A DNA stretch of 58,917 bases, taken from a virus. Positions 58,834 to 58,917 of this stretch are shown here, piece after piece. The DNA is taken from the IMG/VR virus record IMGVR_UViG_3300002307_000004, positions 1 to 58,917 of that record; one strand, 5' to 3'. The position numbers and the translations under genes were made by a program. The notes beneath the pieces were generated by a model, which was not told the DNA's origin, searched no databases, and saw nothing but the letters and a program-made list of their open reading frames with translations. Each line of letters begins with the position of its first letter. Within the stretch, counting starts at the first letter, position 1.

Positions 58834-58917
58834 CACTCACCTCCTGTTGTTTCGATTCCCAATGACTTAGCAATAATTTTTGCTTTTACTTCTGGTGACT
58901 TTTGACGAGAAATTTTA
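58833..58917 (-). CDS. C-terminal part of the gene that wraps the contig end (see 1..182)
   Basis: Reads ...KISRQKSPEVKAKIIAKSLGIETTGGE-stop. The stop is TGA 58835..58833, overlapping the next ATG. Confidence 0.75.
   Translation of the reverse strand, partial: KISRQKSPEVKAKIIAKSLGIETTGGE
58891..58917. repeat. 27-nt contig-end overlap, copy 2 (identical to 1..27)
   Basis: See 1..27. Confidence 0.9.

Noticed and set aside
1-58917. CRISPR arrays, rRNA genes, IS elements or att sites
   Set aside because: I saw no regularly spaced direct repeats with unique spacers, no rRNA-like sequence, no transposase or integrase ORFs, and no tRNA-flanking direct repeats.

Overview
This window looks like a complete tailed-phage genome, not a bacterial chromosome segment. 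It closes on itself through a 27-nt end overlap, leaving about 58.89 kb of unique sequence. Morphogenesis and lysis: plus strand 6315..42708 is one long block. In order it carries small and large terminase, portal, a GroES-like and a scaffold-like protein, a decoration-like protein and an HK97-type major capsid protein. Then come neck/adaptor-like proteins, a 1255-aa repeat-rich tail fibre and a tail-tubular A/B-like pair. An ejection-protein cluster follows, with a 1365-aa protein (internal S74 chaperone domain plus lytic transglycosylase) and a 1544-aa protein. The block ends with a second S74 fibre, a Gly-rich protein, a 3TM GTA-type holin and a DUF3380 muramidase. I recognised no tape measure, sheath or tube genes, so I infer a podovirus-like virion with T7-style tail and ejection architecture. 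Early operons: 42749..48826 (minus) and 48905..55234 (plus) diverge from interdigitated sigma70-like promoters. Leftward genes include a GcrA-like regulator, YqaJ exonuclease, ERF annealase, an SSB-like protein, HNH, two DUF551 proteins and Tat-signal proteins. Rightward genes include a Cro-like regulator, DUF1064, an HTH replication protein and a T7 gp4-like primase-helicase whose zinc finger sits in a separate frame; one metallophosphoesterase gene runs antisense. Accessory block: 55340..58917 plus 1..6252 (minus strand, wrapping the contig end) consists of terminator-delimited cassettes of small genes. It holds a tandem paralog array built from DIVERLR/ADEIERLR modules, an ArfA-like ribosome-rescue gene with an intra-ORF terminator, GP88-like and DUF932 proteins, and a tRNA-Gln(UUG). 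I recognised no DNA polymerase, RNA polymerase or integrase. The GcrA-like regulator, GTA-type holin and DUF3380 endolysin suggest an alphaproteobacterial host (inference). All family assignments come from reading motifs by eye, not from database searches.
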